This document shows, one piece after another, positions 26,802 through 36,823 of a DNA stretch of 53,854 bases. Both the position numbers and the translations under genes were made by a program. Origin of the DNA: Actinomycetota bacterium (lineage in GTDB: Bacteria; Actinomycetota; Actinomycetes; JACCUZ01). The notes under the pieces are model-generated. The model was not told the DNA's origin and did no database searches. It worked only from the letters and a program-made list of their open reading frames with translations. Positions within the stretch are counted from its first letter, which is position 1. Each line of letters starts with the position of its first letter. The stretch covers positions 1 through 53,854 of the forward strand of contig JAVEDB010000057.1 of assembly GCA_030841185.1 (NCBI GenBank). Direction: 5' to 3'.

Positions 26802-27938
26802 TCAGCTGAGCCACAGGCCGACCGTGGTGCACACGAGCAGCGGTGGAACCCCGAGCAGGCCCAGCCGGGCGAAGACCCAGGGCGACACGTCGACGCCGCG
26901 GGCCCGGCAGCGCTCCCGCCACAGCAGGGTCGCCAGCGAACCCCAGACCAGCACGAGGGGTCCCACGTTCGTCCCGACCAGCAGCGCGAGCAGGCGCGAC
27001 GTCCCCTGGTGGGCCCCCGGCTCGAGGGCGAGATAGGCGGGCAGGTTGTTCCCGACGTTGCTCGCCAGCGCCCCGCTGCCCGCCACCCGAAGGAGATCCG
27101 GCAGATCGGCGCCGCTGCCCATGAGCTGGAGCACGAGGTGCTCGCCGCCGTGGCGCAGCAACGCCTCGATGACAAGCGCGAGGCCAAGCACCAGCAGAAC
27201 CAGCCGCCAGGGCAGCAGGCCGGGCCGGAGCGCGTCCCGTCGCCGGTAGGCGAACAGACCGAGCAGGACTGCGGCCCCGACAACCACCACCACCGTCGGG
27301 TCGCCGCCGAGCAGGAGTGCCGGCACGAGAGCGACGCACGTCGATGCGGTGCAGAGGAAGAGCGGCCGGTCCTCCACCGGCGGGTGGGGAGGGACGACGT
27401 AGCTGCCCCGCAGTTGCCGCCGGTAGGCGACTGCGACGACAAGAGCGGTGCCGACGACAGACACCAGGGTCGGGAGCCACATCCGGGCCGCGAATGCGTG
27501 CGGGGGCAGACCCAGCTCGTGCAGTGCCAGCAGGTTGGTGAGGTTCGACACCGGGAGCAGGAGGCTCGCGGTGTTGGCCAGCCAGACGGTGATCATCGCG
27601 AAGGGCAGCGGGGAGATACGCAACTGGTCCGCGACCGCCAGCACGACAGGAGTGAGCAGCACGGCAGTGGTGTCCAGCCCGAGCAGGATCGTGGTGCCCG
27701 CCGCGAGCACGCAGACCAAGGCGAAGAGGCACCACGTGCGCCCGGCCGCCAGGTGCGCTGCCTCCCTGGCGGCGACGTCGAAGACGCGGGCCGAGTCGGC
27801 GAGCTCGGCTACCACCGTGATCGCGACCAGGAACACCAGGATCGGCGCCATCCGATCGACGACGTCGCCGGCCTGCCGCCAGGGCAGGGCGCCGCTGATG
27901 ACGACCATCGCCGCCGCACCTGAGGTGAACCGCCACAT
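26802..27938 (-). CDS. ArsB/NhaD/SLC13-family permease
   Basis: LGLDTTAVLLTPV, LANTASLLLPVSNLTNLL, NNLPAYLA, GSLATLLW. Confidence 0.88.
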   Translation of the reverse strand: MWRFTSGAAAMVVISGALPWRQAGDVVDRMAPILVFLVAITVVAELADSARVFDVAAREAAHLAAGRTWCLFALVCVLAAGTTILLGLDTTAVLLTPVVLAVADQLRISPLPFAMITVWLANTASLLLPVSNLTNLLALHELGLPPHAFAARMWLPTLVSVVGTALVVAVAYRRQLRGSYVVPPHPPVEDRPLFLCTASTCVALVPALLLGGDPTVVVVVGAAVLLGLFAYRRRDALRPGLLPWRLVLLVLGLALVIEALLRHGGEHLVLQLMGSGADLPDLLRVAGSGALASNVGNNLPAYLALEPGAHQGTSRLLALLVGTNVGPLVLVWGSLATLLWRERCRARGVDVSPWVFARLGLLGVPPLLVCTTVGLWLS

Positions 27939-28033
27939 GCGCCTTGTCCTGCCTTGCTGAGGGGGTCGCGAACCCTGCACGAAGATGTACGTCGGGGTTC
28001 AGTGTCGCTGCCCGCTTTGCGTAGGCTGCCGCA

Positions 28034-29452
28034 ATGCCCCGCCGCCACCTGCGACTGCGCGTCGAAGACGGTGCTGACCTGCGAGAGGGCTTCGCGCGCA
28101 TCCGGCAAGAGCTCCATGTTCCCGAGGACTTTCCGGCCGACGTGACGGCGGAGGCCGAGGCTGCTGCCCGGGAGGTGCGCGCCCCGGCGTACGACGCGAC
28201 CGACATCCCCTTCCTCACCATCGATCCGCCCGGTTCGATGGACCTGGACCAGGCCCTCAACATCGAGCGGCGCGGTTCCGGATTCCGGGTGCGCTACGCG
28301 ATCGCCGACGTGGCCTCGTTCGTCGCAGCGGGTGGGGCGGTCGACCAGGAGACGCACCGCAGGGTGGAGACGCTCTACAGCCCGGACATCAGTACGCCGC
28401 TGCACCCCCGGGTGCTCTCGGAAGCCGCCGCCTCGCTGCTGGCCGGCCAGGATCGCCCCGCTCTGCTGTGGGTCATCGATCTCGACGCGGATGGCGAGCA
28501 GACGGCGGTCGAGGTGCGGCGCGCGCTGGTCCGATCGACCGACCGCATGGACTACGCGGGCGTGCAGGCTCTTATCGACGCGGGCACGGCTGAGGAGCGG
28601 TTGCTGTTGCTGGCCGAGGTCGGAAAGCTGCGGGAGCAGCGCGAGGTCGACCGGGGCGGGGTGAGCCTGCCGATCCCCGAGCAGGAGGTCCTGGAGACTC
28701 CCGACGGATTCGCCCTGGCCTACCGGGTCCCGCTCGCCTGCGAAGGGTGGAACGCGCAGATCTCGCTGCTCACCGGCATGGCCGCTGCGGACCTCATGCT
28801 GCACGGCGAGGTCGGCGTCCTGCGCACACTCCCGGCGGCGCCGGAGGAGGAGATCCGACGATTGCGGCGCGCTGCTTCCGTCCTCGACGTCCCGTGGCCG
28901 GAGGGGACGTCTTACGCGGAGGTCATCCGTGGCCTGGACCCGTCGAACCCCCGGCACCTCGCACTCCTCGAGGAGGCCACCGCACTGCTGAGGGGCGCGG
29001 GCTACACCGCGTTCGACGGCGCCGTGCCCGAGAACGCGACGCATGCCGCGGTCGCGGCCGAGTACGCGCACGCCACCGCGCCGTTGCGTCGGCTGGTGGA
29101 CCGGTACGTGGGTGAGGTGTGCGTGTCCCTGTGCGGAGGTGTCGAGGTGCCGGACTGGGTCAGGAAGACCCTACCGGAGCTGCCGAAGCTGATGGCCGAG
29201 AGCGACCGGCGCGCGGGTGCGCTCGAGCGCGAGTGCGTGGCGCTGATGGAGGCCGTCGTGCTGAGCCCCAGAGTGGGGCAGGAGTTCGACGCGGCAGTCG
29301 TGGACGTCAACGAGAAGGGTGGCACCGTCCAGCTGCGCGAGCCGGCTGTCCGCGGCCAGTGCGAGGGCACGCTGCCGCTGGGGGAGCGGGTCCGCGTCAC
29401 GCTCGTCGAGGCGGATGTGACGACCCGGCGGGTGCGCTTCGCGCTGGCCTGA
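28034..29452 (+). CDS. RNB-domain exoribonuclease (RNase II/R family)
   Basis: TIDPPGSMDLDQA, YAIADV, HATAPLRRLVDR; TAGGCT -10 six nt before ATG (probably leaderless). Confidence 0.92.
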   Translation: MPRRHLRLRVEDGADLREGFARIRQELHVPEDFPADVTAEAEAAAREVRAPAYDATDIPFLTIDPPGSMDLDQALNIERRGSGFRVRYAIADVASFVAAGGAVDQETHRRVETLYSPDISTPLHPRVLSEAAASLLAGQDRPALLWVIDLDADGEQTAVEVRRALVRSTDRMDYAGVQALIDAGTAEERLLLLAEVGKLREQREVDRGGVSLPIPEQEVLETPDGFALAYRVPLACEGWNAQISLLTGMAAADLMLHGEVGVLRTLPAAPEEEIRRLRRAASVLDVPWPEGTSYAEVIRGLDPSNPRHLALLEEATALLRGAGYTAFDGAVPENATHAAVAAEYAHATAPLRRLVDRYVGEVCVSLCGGVEVPDWVRKTLPELPKLMAESDRRAGALERECVALMEAVVLSPRVGQEFDAAVVDVNEKGGTVQLREPAVRGQCEGTLPLGERVRVTLVEADVTTRRVRFALA

Positions 29453-29470
29453 GGCTACCCTGACCAGCAC

Positions 29471-29868
29471 GGCGGACGAGCCGGCCGGGCGGCCGCGTCG
29501 AGCCCGTGCTGGATTCGTCCAGCCGGGCTCGCCGAGGAAAGTCCGGGCTCCACAGGGCAAGGTGGTGGGTAACGCCCACCCGGGGTGACCCGCGGGACAG
29601 TGCCACAGAAAGCAGACCGCCGCGCCCGAGCGATCGGGAGCGGTAAGGGTGAAACGGTGGTGTAAGAGACCACCAGCGTCCGAGGTGACTCGGGCGGCTC
29701 GGTAAACCCCACCCGGAGCAAGGTCAGACAGGGAGCGTTCGAGGGCGGCCCGCCCGAGCTCCCGGGTAGGCCGCTGGAGGCTGTCGGTAACGGCAGCCCG
29801 AGATGGATGGCCGCCGGCAACGGTTTACCGTCGCCACAGAACCCGGCTTACAGGCCGGCTCGTCCGCC
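29471..29868 (+). ncRNA. rnpB: RNase P RNA (bacterial class A)
   Basis: GAGGAAAGTCCGGGC, AGTGCCACAGAAA, ACAGAACCCGGCTTA; terminal P1 helix GGCGGACGAGCCGGCC/GGCCGGCTCGTCCGCC. Confidence 0.97.
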
Positions 29869-29901
29869 GCCCCACGAACCGGATCGAGAAGGGACCACGG
29901 C

Positions 29902-31167
29902 GTGTCCGTTCACCGCCACCACGGGGCGCCGTCGCGGCGGGAACGTCGCGCGCAGGAGCCGGACGCCCGGCTCAGGAGGCGGGTGTCGCTGCTGCTGGCG
30001 CTGGCCCTGCTGCCCATCCTGGCTGCTGTCGTCGTGGGCGCCGTCGTCCTGTGGCCGGACAGCTCAACGGGCGGGGTGAGCGTCGCCGGGGTCGTCGGTG
30101 ACGCGCCGGGGACCATCTACGTCACGGCCCGGACGGTGAGCGCGACGCCCTTCGACTGCCAGGGCGTCGGCGCCGCCCCCGGCAAGAGCGTGCGGTGCGC
30201 GCATGTGTCCGTGACCGTCACCTCCGGGCCGGACGCCGGCAAGCGGTTCACTGTCGACGTCGACCCCACTGTGCGGAAGGCCGGCATCAAGCCGGGTGAC
30301 CAGCTCGAGCTGGCGAGATACCGCACCGAGCCCGGCACGCCGCCGCTCTACGCGTTCGTGGACTTCAAGCGTTCTTCGCCGATGATCCTGCTGGCGGTCG
30401 CCTTCGCCGTGCTCGTCGTTGTGGTCGCCCGTCTCCGCGGTCTGGCCGCCCTTGCCGGACTGGGCCTGGGCTTCCTCGTGCTGCTCAAGTTCATGATCCC
30501 GGCGCTGCTGTCGGGAGAGAACCCGCTCGCCGTCGCGTTGGTCGGATCCGCCGCGATCATGTTCGTGCTGCTCTACCTCGCGCACGGAGTGAGCATCCGC
30601 ACGACGACGGCGCTGATCGGGACCCTGTTCGGGCTGGCCGCCGCCGCTGCCCTCGGCACCTGGGCGGTCGGCGCGACTCACCTGACGGGGGTCGGCAGCG
30701 AGGAGGATCTGACGCTGACGGCCGTCGCGGGGCAGGTTCGCCTGTCCGGTCTGCTGCTCGCGGGGATCATCGTGGCCAGCCTCGGCATCCTCAACGACGT
30801 GACGGTCACCCAGGCGTCGGCCGTCTGGGAATTGCGGGCGCTCAGCCCGGATGTGTCGCCGGGCCGGCTCTTCGCCGGAGCGATGCGGATCGGACGTGAC
30901 CACATCGCGTCCGTCGTCTACACGATCGTTTTCGCGTACGCCGGGACGGCGCTGCCCGTCCTGCTGCTCATCAACCTCTCAAACAGGCCCCTCGGCACCA
31001 TCCTCACGGGGGAGGCTTTGGGCCAGGAGATCGTCCGGACCCTCGTCGGTTCGATCGGGCTGGTGCTGGCCGTGCCGCTCACGACAGCGGTGGGCGTGGC
31101 CCTCGCGCGGTTCGCAGGTGCGGCAACAGTGCCGGAGCCGACCCCGGCGGCAGCGTCGACCCTCTGA
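29902..31167 (+). CDS. YibE/F family membrane protein
   Basis: LGILNDVTVTQASAVWE, GRDHIASVVYTIVFAYAG, EIVRTLVGSIG. Confidence 0.92.
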   Translation: MSVHRHHGAPSRRERRAQEPDARLRRRVSLLLALALLPILAAVVVGAVVLWPDSSTGGVSVAGVVGDAPGTIYVTARTVSATPFDCQGVGAAPGKSVRCAHVSVTVTSGPDAGKRFTVDVDPTVRKAGIKPGDQLELARYRTEPGTPPLYAFVDFKRSSPMILLAVAFAVLVVVVARLRGLAALAGLGLGFLVLLKFMIPALLSGENPLAVALVGSAAIMFVLLYLAHGVSIRTTTALIGTLFGLAAAAALGTWAVGATHLTGVGSEEDLTLTAVAGQVRLSGLLLAGIIVASLGILNDVTVTQASAVWELRALSPDVSPGRLFAGAMRIGRDHIASVVYTIVFAYAGTALPVLLLINLSNRPLGTILTGEALGQEIVRTLVGSIGLVLAVPLTTAVGVALARFAGAATVPEPTPAAASTL

Positions 31168-31225
31168 CTCGGTTGATTTCCCGGTGCCGGGAAGAGTTCG
31201 CCGACCGACGCGGTTGCCACGAGAG

Positions 31226-32758
31226 ATGACCACCACCGAAAAGTCCCCCAGCGTCGGCCTGCGCTCAGATCGCGGGCCGGTACTCATCGCGCTCATGCTC
31301 TGCACGGCGCTCGTCGCCCTCGACGCGACGATCATCGCCACCGCGGTGCCGTCGATCGTGCGCGATCTCGGTGGCTTCTCGCAGTTCCCGTGGCTGTTCT
31401 CCATCTACCTGCTGACGCAGGCGGTGACGGTCCCGCTCTACGGCAAGCTCGCCGACGTCGTGGGCAGACGGCCCATCCTCTACTTCGGCATCGCGGTGTT
31501 CCTGGTCGGCTCCGTTCTCTGCGGCGTCGCCTGGAGCATGCCCTCGCTGATCGCCGCCCGTGCCGTGCAGGGCATCGGCGCCGGAGCCGTGTTGCCGATC
31601 TCGATCACCGTGGTCGGTGACCTCTACTCCGTGGTCGAACGCTCCCGCGTGCAGGGCTACCTCGCCAGCGTGTGGGGGGTCTCGTCGGTCATCGGCCCCA
31701 CCCTCGGCGGGGTGTTCTCCGACTACCTGAGCTGGCGGTGGATCTTCTTCATCAACCTCCCGCTGGGCGCGGTTGCTGCCTGGATGCTGTGGCGCTCCTT
31801 CCACGAGAAGGTCGAGCACCGGCGCCACCAGCTCGACATCTCAGGAGCAGTGCTCCTGATGAGCGGTTTCTCCCTGGTGATCCTCGGGCTTCTGGAAGGC
31901 GGCGTTGCCTGGGCATGGAGCTCGGTCACGAGCTACCTGGTGTTTGCGGTGGGAGCAGTGACGCTGCTCACCTTCCTGCTCGTCGAGCGTCGCGCCGCGG
32001 AGCCCGTCCTGCCCCTCTGGGTGTTCCGGCACCGCGTGCTGCTCGGGGGAAACCTCGCATCGGTCGCGATCGGGGTCGTGGTCATCGGCATGGTGTCCTA
32101 CGTCCCGATGTACGTGCAGGGCGTCCTGGGGACGGGGGCGTTGGTCGCGGGCTTCGCGCTCGCGGCGATGACGCTCGGCTGGCCGATCGCCGCCTCCCTG
32201 TCAGGCCGGCTGTACCTGCGCATCGGCTTCCGCGACACCGCACTCATCGGGGGCGTCATCGCGGTCGTGGGCACCGTGCTCGTAGCGCTGCTGTCCCGGA
32301 CGGCACCCGTCCTCGCCGTGGCGCTGGCCACGTTCGTCGTGGGTGTCGGTCTGGGTTTGTCGTCGGCTCCTGCCATGGTGGCCGTGCAGTCGGTCGTCGA
32401 CTGGCAGCGCCGCGGCGTCGTCACCGCGACCAACATGTTCTGCCGCAACCTCGGCAGCGCCGTGGGGGTCGCCGTCTTCGGTGCTGTGGCCAACGCCACA
32501 CTCGCCCACCGGTTCGCCGATCCGCCCGCTGGCGTCGCCGGGCAGCTCCCGAGCAGTGCGGACGCCGAGACCCTGGCGCTGGGCGGCCACGCCAAGGCTG
32601 GCCAGGTCACGGACTTCGTCCGGGGGGCGCTGTACGCGGCGGCGCACAACGTCTTCCTCGGCGTCGTCGCCGCGGCCGTGGTCGGCGCCCTGGTGCTGTG
32701 GCTGATGCCTCGCCACACCCAGCCGGTGGAGACCGGCGAGGCTCCTGCAGCCCGTTAG
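31226..32758 (+). CDS. DHA2-type (14-TM) MFS efflux transporter
   Basis: LDATIIATAVP, YGKLADVVGRR, WRWIFFINLP. Confidence 0.92.
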   Translation: MTTTEKSPSVGLRSDRGPVLIALMLCTALVALDATIIATAVPSIVRDLGGFSQFPWLFSIYLLTQAVTVPLYGKLADVVGRRPILYFGIAVFLVGSVLCGVAWSMPSLIAARAVQGIGAGAVLPISITVVGDLYSVVERSRVQGYLASVWGVSSVIGPTLGGVFSDYLSWRWIFFINLPLGAVAAWMLWRSFHEKVEHRRHQLDISGAVLLMSGFSLVILGLLEGGVAWAWSSVTSYLVFAVGAVTLLTFLLVERRAAEPVLPLWVFRHRVLLGGNLASVAIGVVVIGMVSYVPMYVQGVLGTGALVAGFALAAMTLGWPIAASLSGRLYLRIGFRDTALIGGVIAVVGTVLVALLSRTAPVLAVALATFVVGVGLGLSSAPAMVAVQSVVDWQRRGVVTATNMFCRNLGSAVGVAVFGAVANATLAHRFADPPAGVAGQLPSSADAETLALGGHAKAGQVTDFVRGALYAAAHNVFLGVVAAAVVGALVLWLMPRHTQPVETGEAPAAR

Positions 32759-32833
32759 GGCTCGACTAGGGCCCGACCCGGGCCTCCTGTTAACGTCGAG
32801 GCCCCTGTCTCCGATCTCGAAAGCGGTTTCTTC

Positions 32834-33571
32834 ATGCCGGACTCGATTACGGGCTTCCCTCGGCGCGTCGCCCGCAGGCTCACCCGTCGGCTCCAGAAGG
32901 CGCGAGGCATCGACGACCGAGGCATCGACGAGCGAGGCATCGACGACCGAGGCATCGACGACCGAGGCATCGACGACATCGACACGCTGCACGAGTTCTG
33001 GCGCCAGCCGGAGCCCGAGCAGAACGTGCCGCGTACGTACGTAAGCTGGACCGGGCGCAGCGAGGCGCTGCTGAAGCTCATCTCGGACCTCCCCCCAGAG
33101 ACGCGGATCCTCGAGGTCGGGTGCAACGTCGGCCGCAACCTGGCCTATCTCGTGGACCACGGCTACCCCAACGTGGAGGGCATCGAGATCAGCCCCCACG
33201 CGGTCGAGCTGCTCCGCCAGACCTACCCCCAGCTCGTGGACAGCAACATCCACCTCGGGTCCGCGGAGGAGGTGCTCCCCGGCCTGGCCGACGACTCGTT
33301 CGACCTCGTCTTCACGATGGCCGTCATCGAGCACATCCACCCGTCCAGCACCGCCGTGTTCGACCACATGGTGCGGGTAGGGAAGTCGATCCTGTCCATC
33401 GAGCCGCCCGGCCGTACCTCGCACCGGCAGTACCCGCACGACGTCCCGGAGATCTTCCAGTCCCGCGGTCTGCGCCTGGTGTCCAGTACACCGATGTCGA
33501 CGTTCCCCGAGACGGCGAACGACGGGGGCCTCTCGATCTTCTCGGCGTACCGGTTCGAGCGCACCGGCTGA
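32834..33571 (+). CDS. class I SAM-dependent methyltransferase with N-terminal RGIDD repeats
   Basis: ILEVGCNVG, GIEIS, FDLVFTMAVIEHI. Confidence 0.88.
   Translation: MPDSITGFPRRVARRLTRRLQKARGIDDRGIDERGIDDRGIDDRGIDDIDTLHEFWRQPEPEQNVPRTYVSWTGRSEALLKLISDLPPETRILEVGCNVGRNLAYLVDHGYPNVEGIEISPHAVELLRQTYPQLVDSNIHLGSAEEVLPGLADDSFDLVFTMAVIEHIHPSSTAVFDHMVRVGKSILSIEPPGRTSHRQYPHDVPEIFQSRGLRLVSSTPMSTFPETANDGGLSIFSAYRFERTG
32903..32977 (+). repeat. in-frame 15-bp tandem repeat, 5 copies
   Basis: CGAGGCATCGACGA(C/G) x5 encoding RGIDD/RGIDE. Confidence 0.95.
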
Positions 33572-33600
33572 GTGCCACCGGCCGTCCCGACTAGTAGGCC

Positions 33601-34431
33601 TTAGTAGGGCAGCGGCTTCCACTCGACGTTCTGCCCGACGTCGGTGCGGCCGGCGACCTCGCGCGGGACATCTCGGACGGTCAAGCCGGACTGCTTGGCC
33701 TTCTCGAGAACCGCCGGGTCGTACTGCGACTTCGACCAGATGCGGATGATGTACTCGCGCGTCTTCAGGTACTCGACGTACCTGTCGTGGTGGGCATCGT
33801 TCAGGCCGAGGGCGACGAAGACCGCCATCCGGTCACCGTCCTTGGGCGCTACCTGCCAGGGCCGGTGCTTCGGCTTGTGCGCCGGGTCGGGAGAGGTCCA
33901 GGGGGGGAACCTCAGCAGCGTCCCGTTGCCGCTGTGGCTGGTGCGCATGCTCCACACCGCGACGTCGCCCACCTTGGAGCGCACGTAGATGTTCTTGCCC
34001 TCCTTGAGGGACACCGTGTTGTGCGACGCGTGCCGCAGGTTCAGGCCGCCGGTGTGCTTGTGGTGGTCCTGCAGGTAGATGCCGAACCGGAGCATCGTGT
34101 AGCGGCCATTCTGCCAGTCCGGGCCGTTCGGGTCGGTGCGGTCGACGTTGTCCTTGTGGAACCCATGCTGGCTCGAGTTCACCGTGAAGGCGCTGTCGCC
34201 GCCGTAGACGATTTCGTCGCTGCCGAGGATCTTCTGGGCGATCTGGACCAGACGTCCGTCCGTCATGACATGGTTGATCTTGGGGTTGGCCAGCAGATCC
34301 CCGCCGTGCGTCTTGGTCTCCTCGATCTCCGCGCGCATCTGGGCGATCTCCTCCTTGGAGTACACCCCGGGCACGATCTGCCAGCCGTCGCGCCAGAAGG
34401 CCTCGGCGTCCACCTTGTCGGCAATCGTCAT
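33601..34431 (-). CDS. phytanoyl-CoA dioxygenase (PhyH)-like 2OG-Fe(II) oxygenase
   Basis: FWRDGWQIVPGVYS, HKD (HxD), GDVAVW..RTSHSG distal His; GAGGAG RBS. Confidence 0.8.
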   Translation of the reverse strand: MTIADKVDAEAFWRDGWQIVPGVYSKEEIAQMRAEIEETKTHGGDLLANPKINHVMTDGRLVQIAQKILGSDEIVYGGDSAFTVNSSQHGFHKDNVDRTDPNGPDWQNGRYTMLRFGIYLQDHHKHTGGLNLRHASHNTVSLKEGKNIYVRSKVGDVAVWSMRTSHSGNGTLLRFPPWTSPDPAHKPKHRPWQVAPKDGDRMAVFVALGLNDAHHDRYVEYLKTREYIIRIWSKSQYDPAVLEKAKQSGLTVRDVPREVAGRTDVGQNVEWKPLPY

Positions 34432-34641
34432 TGCGGTCTCCTCGCCTGGGCCACCCCCGGTGGCCCGATCGATCTGCGCCCGGTCTCGTCGGCGCATGTC
34501 CTCGCGAAGACGTTACACACTGTGGTCAGCGTCTCGGCAGCCGCCCTGGCGCTGGAAATGGCGGAATTATCATGACAACATGGACCTCCGCTGAGCGGCC
34601 TTCCGGGCCCTCAGCGGGGCAACGGGGAGACGACGCAGACC

Positions 34642-34989
34642 ATGGACCGGACGCCGCTGACCGTGCTCACCGTGCCCGCGCGGGATCACGTCACCCTGCG
34701 CGTCGCGGGCGAGATCGACCTCGGGACGGCGCCGCAGCTGCGCGAGGCGGCCCTGGAAGCGTTCCGGCACCACGGCACGACCCTGCGACTGGACCTGCGC
34801 GACGTCACCTTCATGGACTCCACCGGCATCGAGGTGCTGCTTGCGACCCGGCGGCGCGCCTCGCTCGAGGGAGGCAGCCTCACGTTGCACCGGCCGTCGC
34901 GAGCCGTGCTGCGGGTCCTGGAAGTCGCCGGCCTGGACAAGGTGTTCACGGTCAGCGAGCCGCTCGACTCCAGCGTCAGGGGAGGGTGA
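34642..34989 (+). CDS. STAS-domain anti-sigma factor antagonist
   Basis: [27 protein letters not shown]. Confidence 0.9.
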   Translation: MDRTPLTVLTVPARDHVTLRVAGEIDLGTAPQLREAALEAFRHHGTTLRLDLRDVTFMDSTGIEVLLATRRRASLEGGSLTLHRPSRAVLRVLEVAGLDKVFTVSEPLDSSVRGG

Positions 34990-35824
34990 GGATCTCCGCG
35001 CCGGTGTCGGTGACCAGCAGGGTGTGCTCGAACTGAGCCGACCGCTTGCGGTCCCTTGTGACGACGGTCCATCCGTCGTCCCACATGTCCCAGGCGGCGG
35101 TACCCAGGTTGAGCATCGGCTCGATGGTGAACGTCATCCCCGGCTCCATCACGGTGTCGTAGGACGGGTCGTCGTAGTGCGGGATGACCAGACCGGAGTG
35201 GAAGGCTGTCCCGATGCCGTGACCGGTGAAGTCCCGGACCACCCCGTAGCCGAACCGGCGGGCGTAGGACTCGATCACCCGCCCGATCACGCTGATCTGC
35301 CGGCCCGGAGCGACGGCCTTGATAGCCCGCATCATGGCCTCCGAGGTGCGCTCCACCAGCAGCCTCGACTCCTCGTCGACCTCTCCGACGAGGAACGTGG
35401 CGTCCGTGTCGCCGTGAACGCCACCGATGTACGCCGTGATGTCGACGTTGACGATGTCACCGTCGTTCAGAACCGTTGAGTCGGGGATGCCGTGGCAGAC
35501 GACCTCGTTGATCGACGTGCACAGGGACTTGGGGAACCCCTTGTAGCCCAGCGTTGACGGGTAGGCCCCGTGGTCGCAGAGAAACTCGTGGCCGACCCGG
35601 TCCAGCTCGTCGGTGCTGACGCCCGGCGCCACCGCTCGACCGACCTCGGCCAGCGCCTGGGCAGCGATGCGGCCCGCGACTCGCATCGCGGCGATCGTCT
35701 CCGCGTCCTTCACCTCCGGCCCCCGGTAGCGCGCCGGGCGGGGGCGCCCGACGTACTCCGGGCGCTCGATCTCCGGCGGCACGGCAAGGACGGGCGAGAG
35801 CGTGCCCGGGACAAGCAGAGACAT
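34976..35824 (-). CDS. map: methionine aminopeptidase type I
   Basis: CHGIPD, DIT...HGDT, GHGIG..FH, FTIEPM, AQFEHT. Confidence 0.96.
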   Translation of the reverse strand: MSLLVPGTLSPVLAVPPEIERPEYVGRPRPARYRGPEVKDAETIAAMRVAGRIAAQALAEVGRAVAPGVSTDELDRVGHEFLCDHGAYPSTLGYKGFPKSLCTSINEVVCHGIPDSTVLNDGDIVNVDITAYIGGVHGDTDATFLVGEVDEESRLLVERTSEAMMRAIKAVAPGRQISVIGRVIESYARRFGYGVVRDFTGHGIGTAFHSGLVIPHYDDPSYDTVMEPGMTFTIEPMLNLGTAAWDMWDDGWTVVTRDRKRSAQFEHTLLVTDTGAEILTLP

Positions 35825-35859
35825 GGTGCAAGAGTCTAGTTGAGGGGCAGGATCTGCCC

Positions 35860-36057
35860 ATGAGCGATTCTCGAGCCGACGACAAGTGGTGGTTCTGCCT
35901 CAGCCACCAGCGTGTCGAGCAAGGTCCCGGTTGCCCGAACGGCGAGCGGATGGGGCCATACGACTCCGCGGAGGAGGCGGGCACCGCCCTCGAACGGGCG
36001 GCGCAGCGTAGCGAGTCGTGGGACAGCGACCCGAAATGGAACGACGACAGTGACTGA
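35860..36057 (+). CDS. small conserved actinobacterial protein
   Basis: [11 protein letters not shown]...C...RMGPY...W pattern, commonly found divergent from map. Confidence 0.75.
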   Translation: MSDSRADDKWWFCLSHQRVEQGPGCPNGERMGPYDSAEEAGTALERAAQRSESWDSDPKWNDDSD

Positions 36058-36088
36058 CCCTGGCTGACCTACCAGGCCCGGACGACCG

Positions 36089-36119
36089 CGAGGGCCGCCC
36101 CGGGACGGGGCGACCCTCG
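36089..36119. terminator. GC-rich hairpin between convergent genes
   Basis: CGAGGG-C-CGCCCC-GGGAC-GGGGCG-A-CCCTCG. Confidence 0.55.
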
Positions 36120-36135
36120 ACGGGTGGGGCTTCGG

Positions 36136-36711
36136 TCAGCGCTTGGCGGCCCGGCGAGCCGTCGACTTGCGCGCTGTGGACTTCTTGGCCAGCGTCTTGG
36201 CCGCGGTCCGCTTGGTGCTCGCCTTCCGGGCTGGCGACTTCTTGGCCAGGGTGCGACCAGCGGCTGACTTGCGTGCCGTCGTCTTCTTCGCAGCCCGCTT
36301 GGCAGTCGTCTTCTTCGCGGTCGACTTGCGTGCCGTCGACTTCTTGGCCAGCGTCTTGGCCGCGGTCCGCTTGGTGCTCTTCTTCGCCGTGGACTTCTTG
36401 GCCAGGGTGCGACCGGCCGCAGACTTGCGGGCGGTGGACCGCTTTGCGGTGCTCTTGCGCGCGGTGCTCTTCTTCGCCGGTGACTTCTTCGCCGCAGCGG
36501 CCACTCGCTTCACGGCCTTGCGGGCCCGCTTGGCGACGGTGGTCTTCTTCGCGGCGGATTTCTTGGCTGTGCTCCTGCGTGCGGTCGACTTCTTGGCGGC
36601 TGACCTCTTCGCTGTCGCCTTCTTCGTCGTCCGAGCAGTCGTGGTTTTTCGGGCTGAGCTCGCTGCGGCCTGAGCGACCTTCGACGGGCTCTCTTCTTCC
36701 GTTGCCGGCAC
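36136..36711 (-). CDS. histone H1-like Lys/Ala/Arg-rich protein
   Basis: KKSTA/RKSTA repeats over nearly the whole length; CAGGAGG RBS before GTG. Confidence 0.8.
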   Translation of the reverse strand: MPATEEESPSKVAQAAASSARKTTTARTTKKATAKRSAAKKSTARRSTAKKSAAKKTTVAKRARKAVKRVAAAAKKSPAKKSTARKSTAKRSTARKSAAGRTLAKKSTAKKSTKRTAAKTLAKKSTARKSTAKKTTAKRAAKKTTARKSAAGRTLAKKSPARKASTKRTAAKTLAKKSTARKSTARRAAKR

Positions 36712-36823
36712 TTGCGCCTCCTGCTGTCAGGACGTCTGACCCCATGGTCGACGCTCTTTCACTCGAAAAGATCGCACTACTACAGCCTGGTTACCAGTAT
36801 TTCGACGTGTTTGATTTGCTGTG

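Noticed and set aside
28022-28036. Probable leaderless starts (TAGGCT/TAGACT 6-8 nt before the start codon of the RNB gene, fasR, nadE and map)
   Set aside because: Plausibly real but ordinary for actinomycetes
29455-29820. 121-aa - strand ORF
   Set aside because: Antisense to the RNase P RNA gene
32903-32977. Tandem repeat as a CRISPR array
   Set aside because: No spacers; it is an in-frame minisatellite
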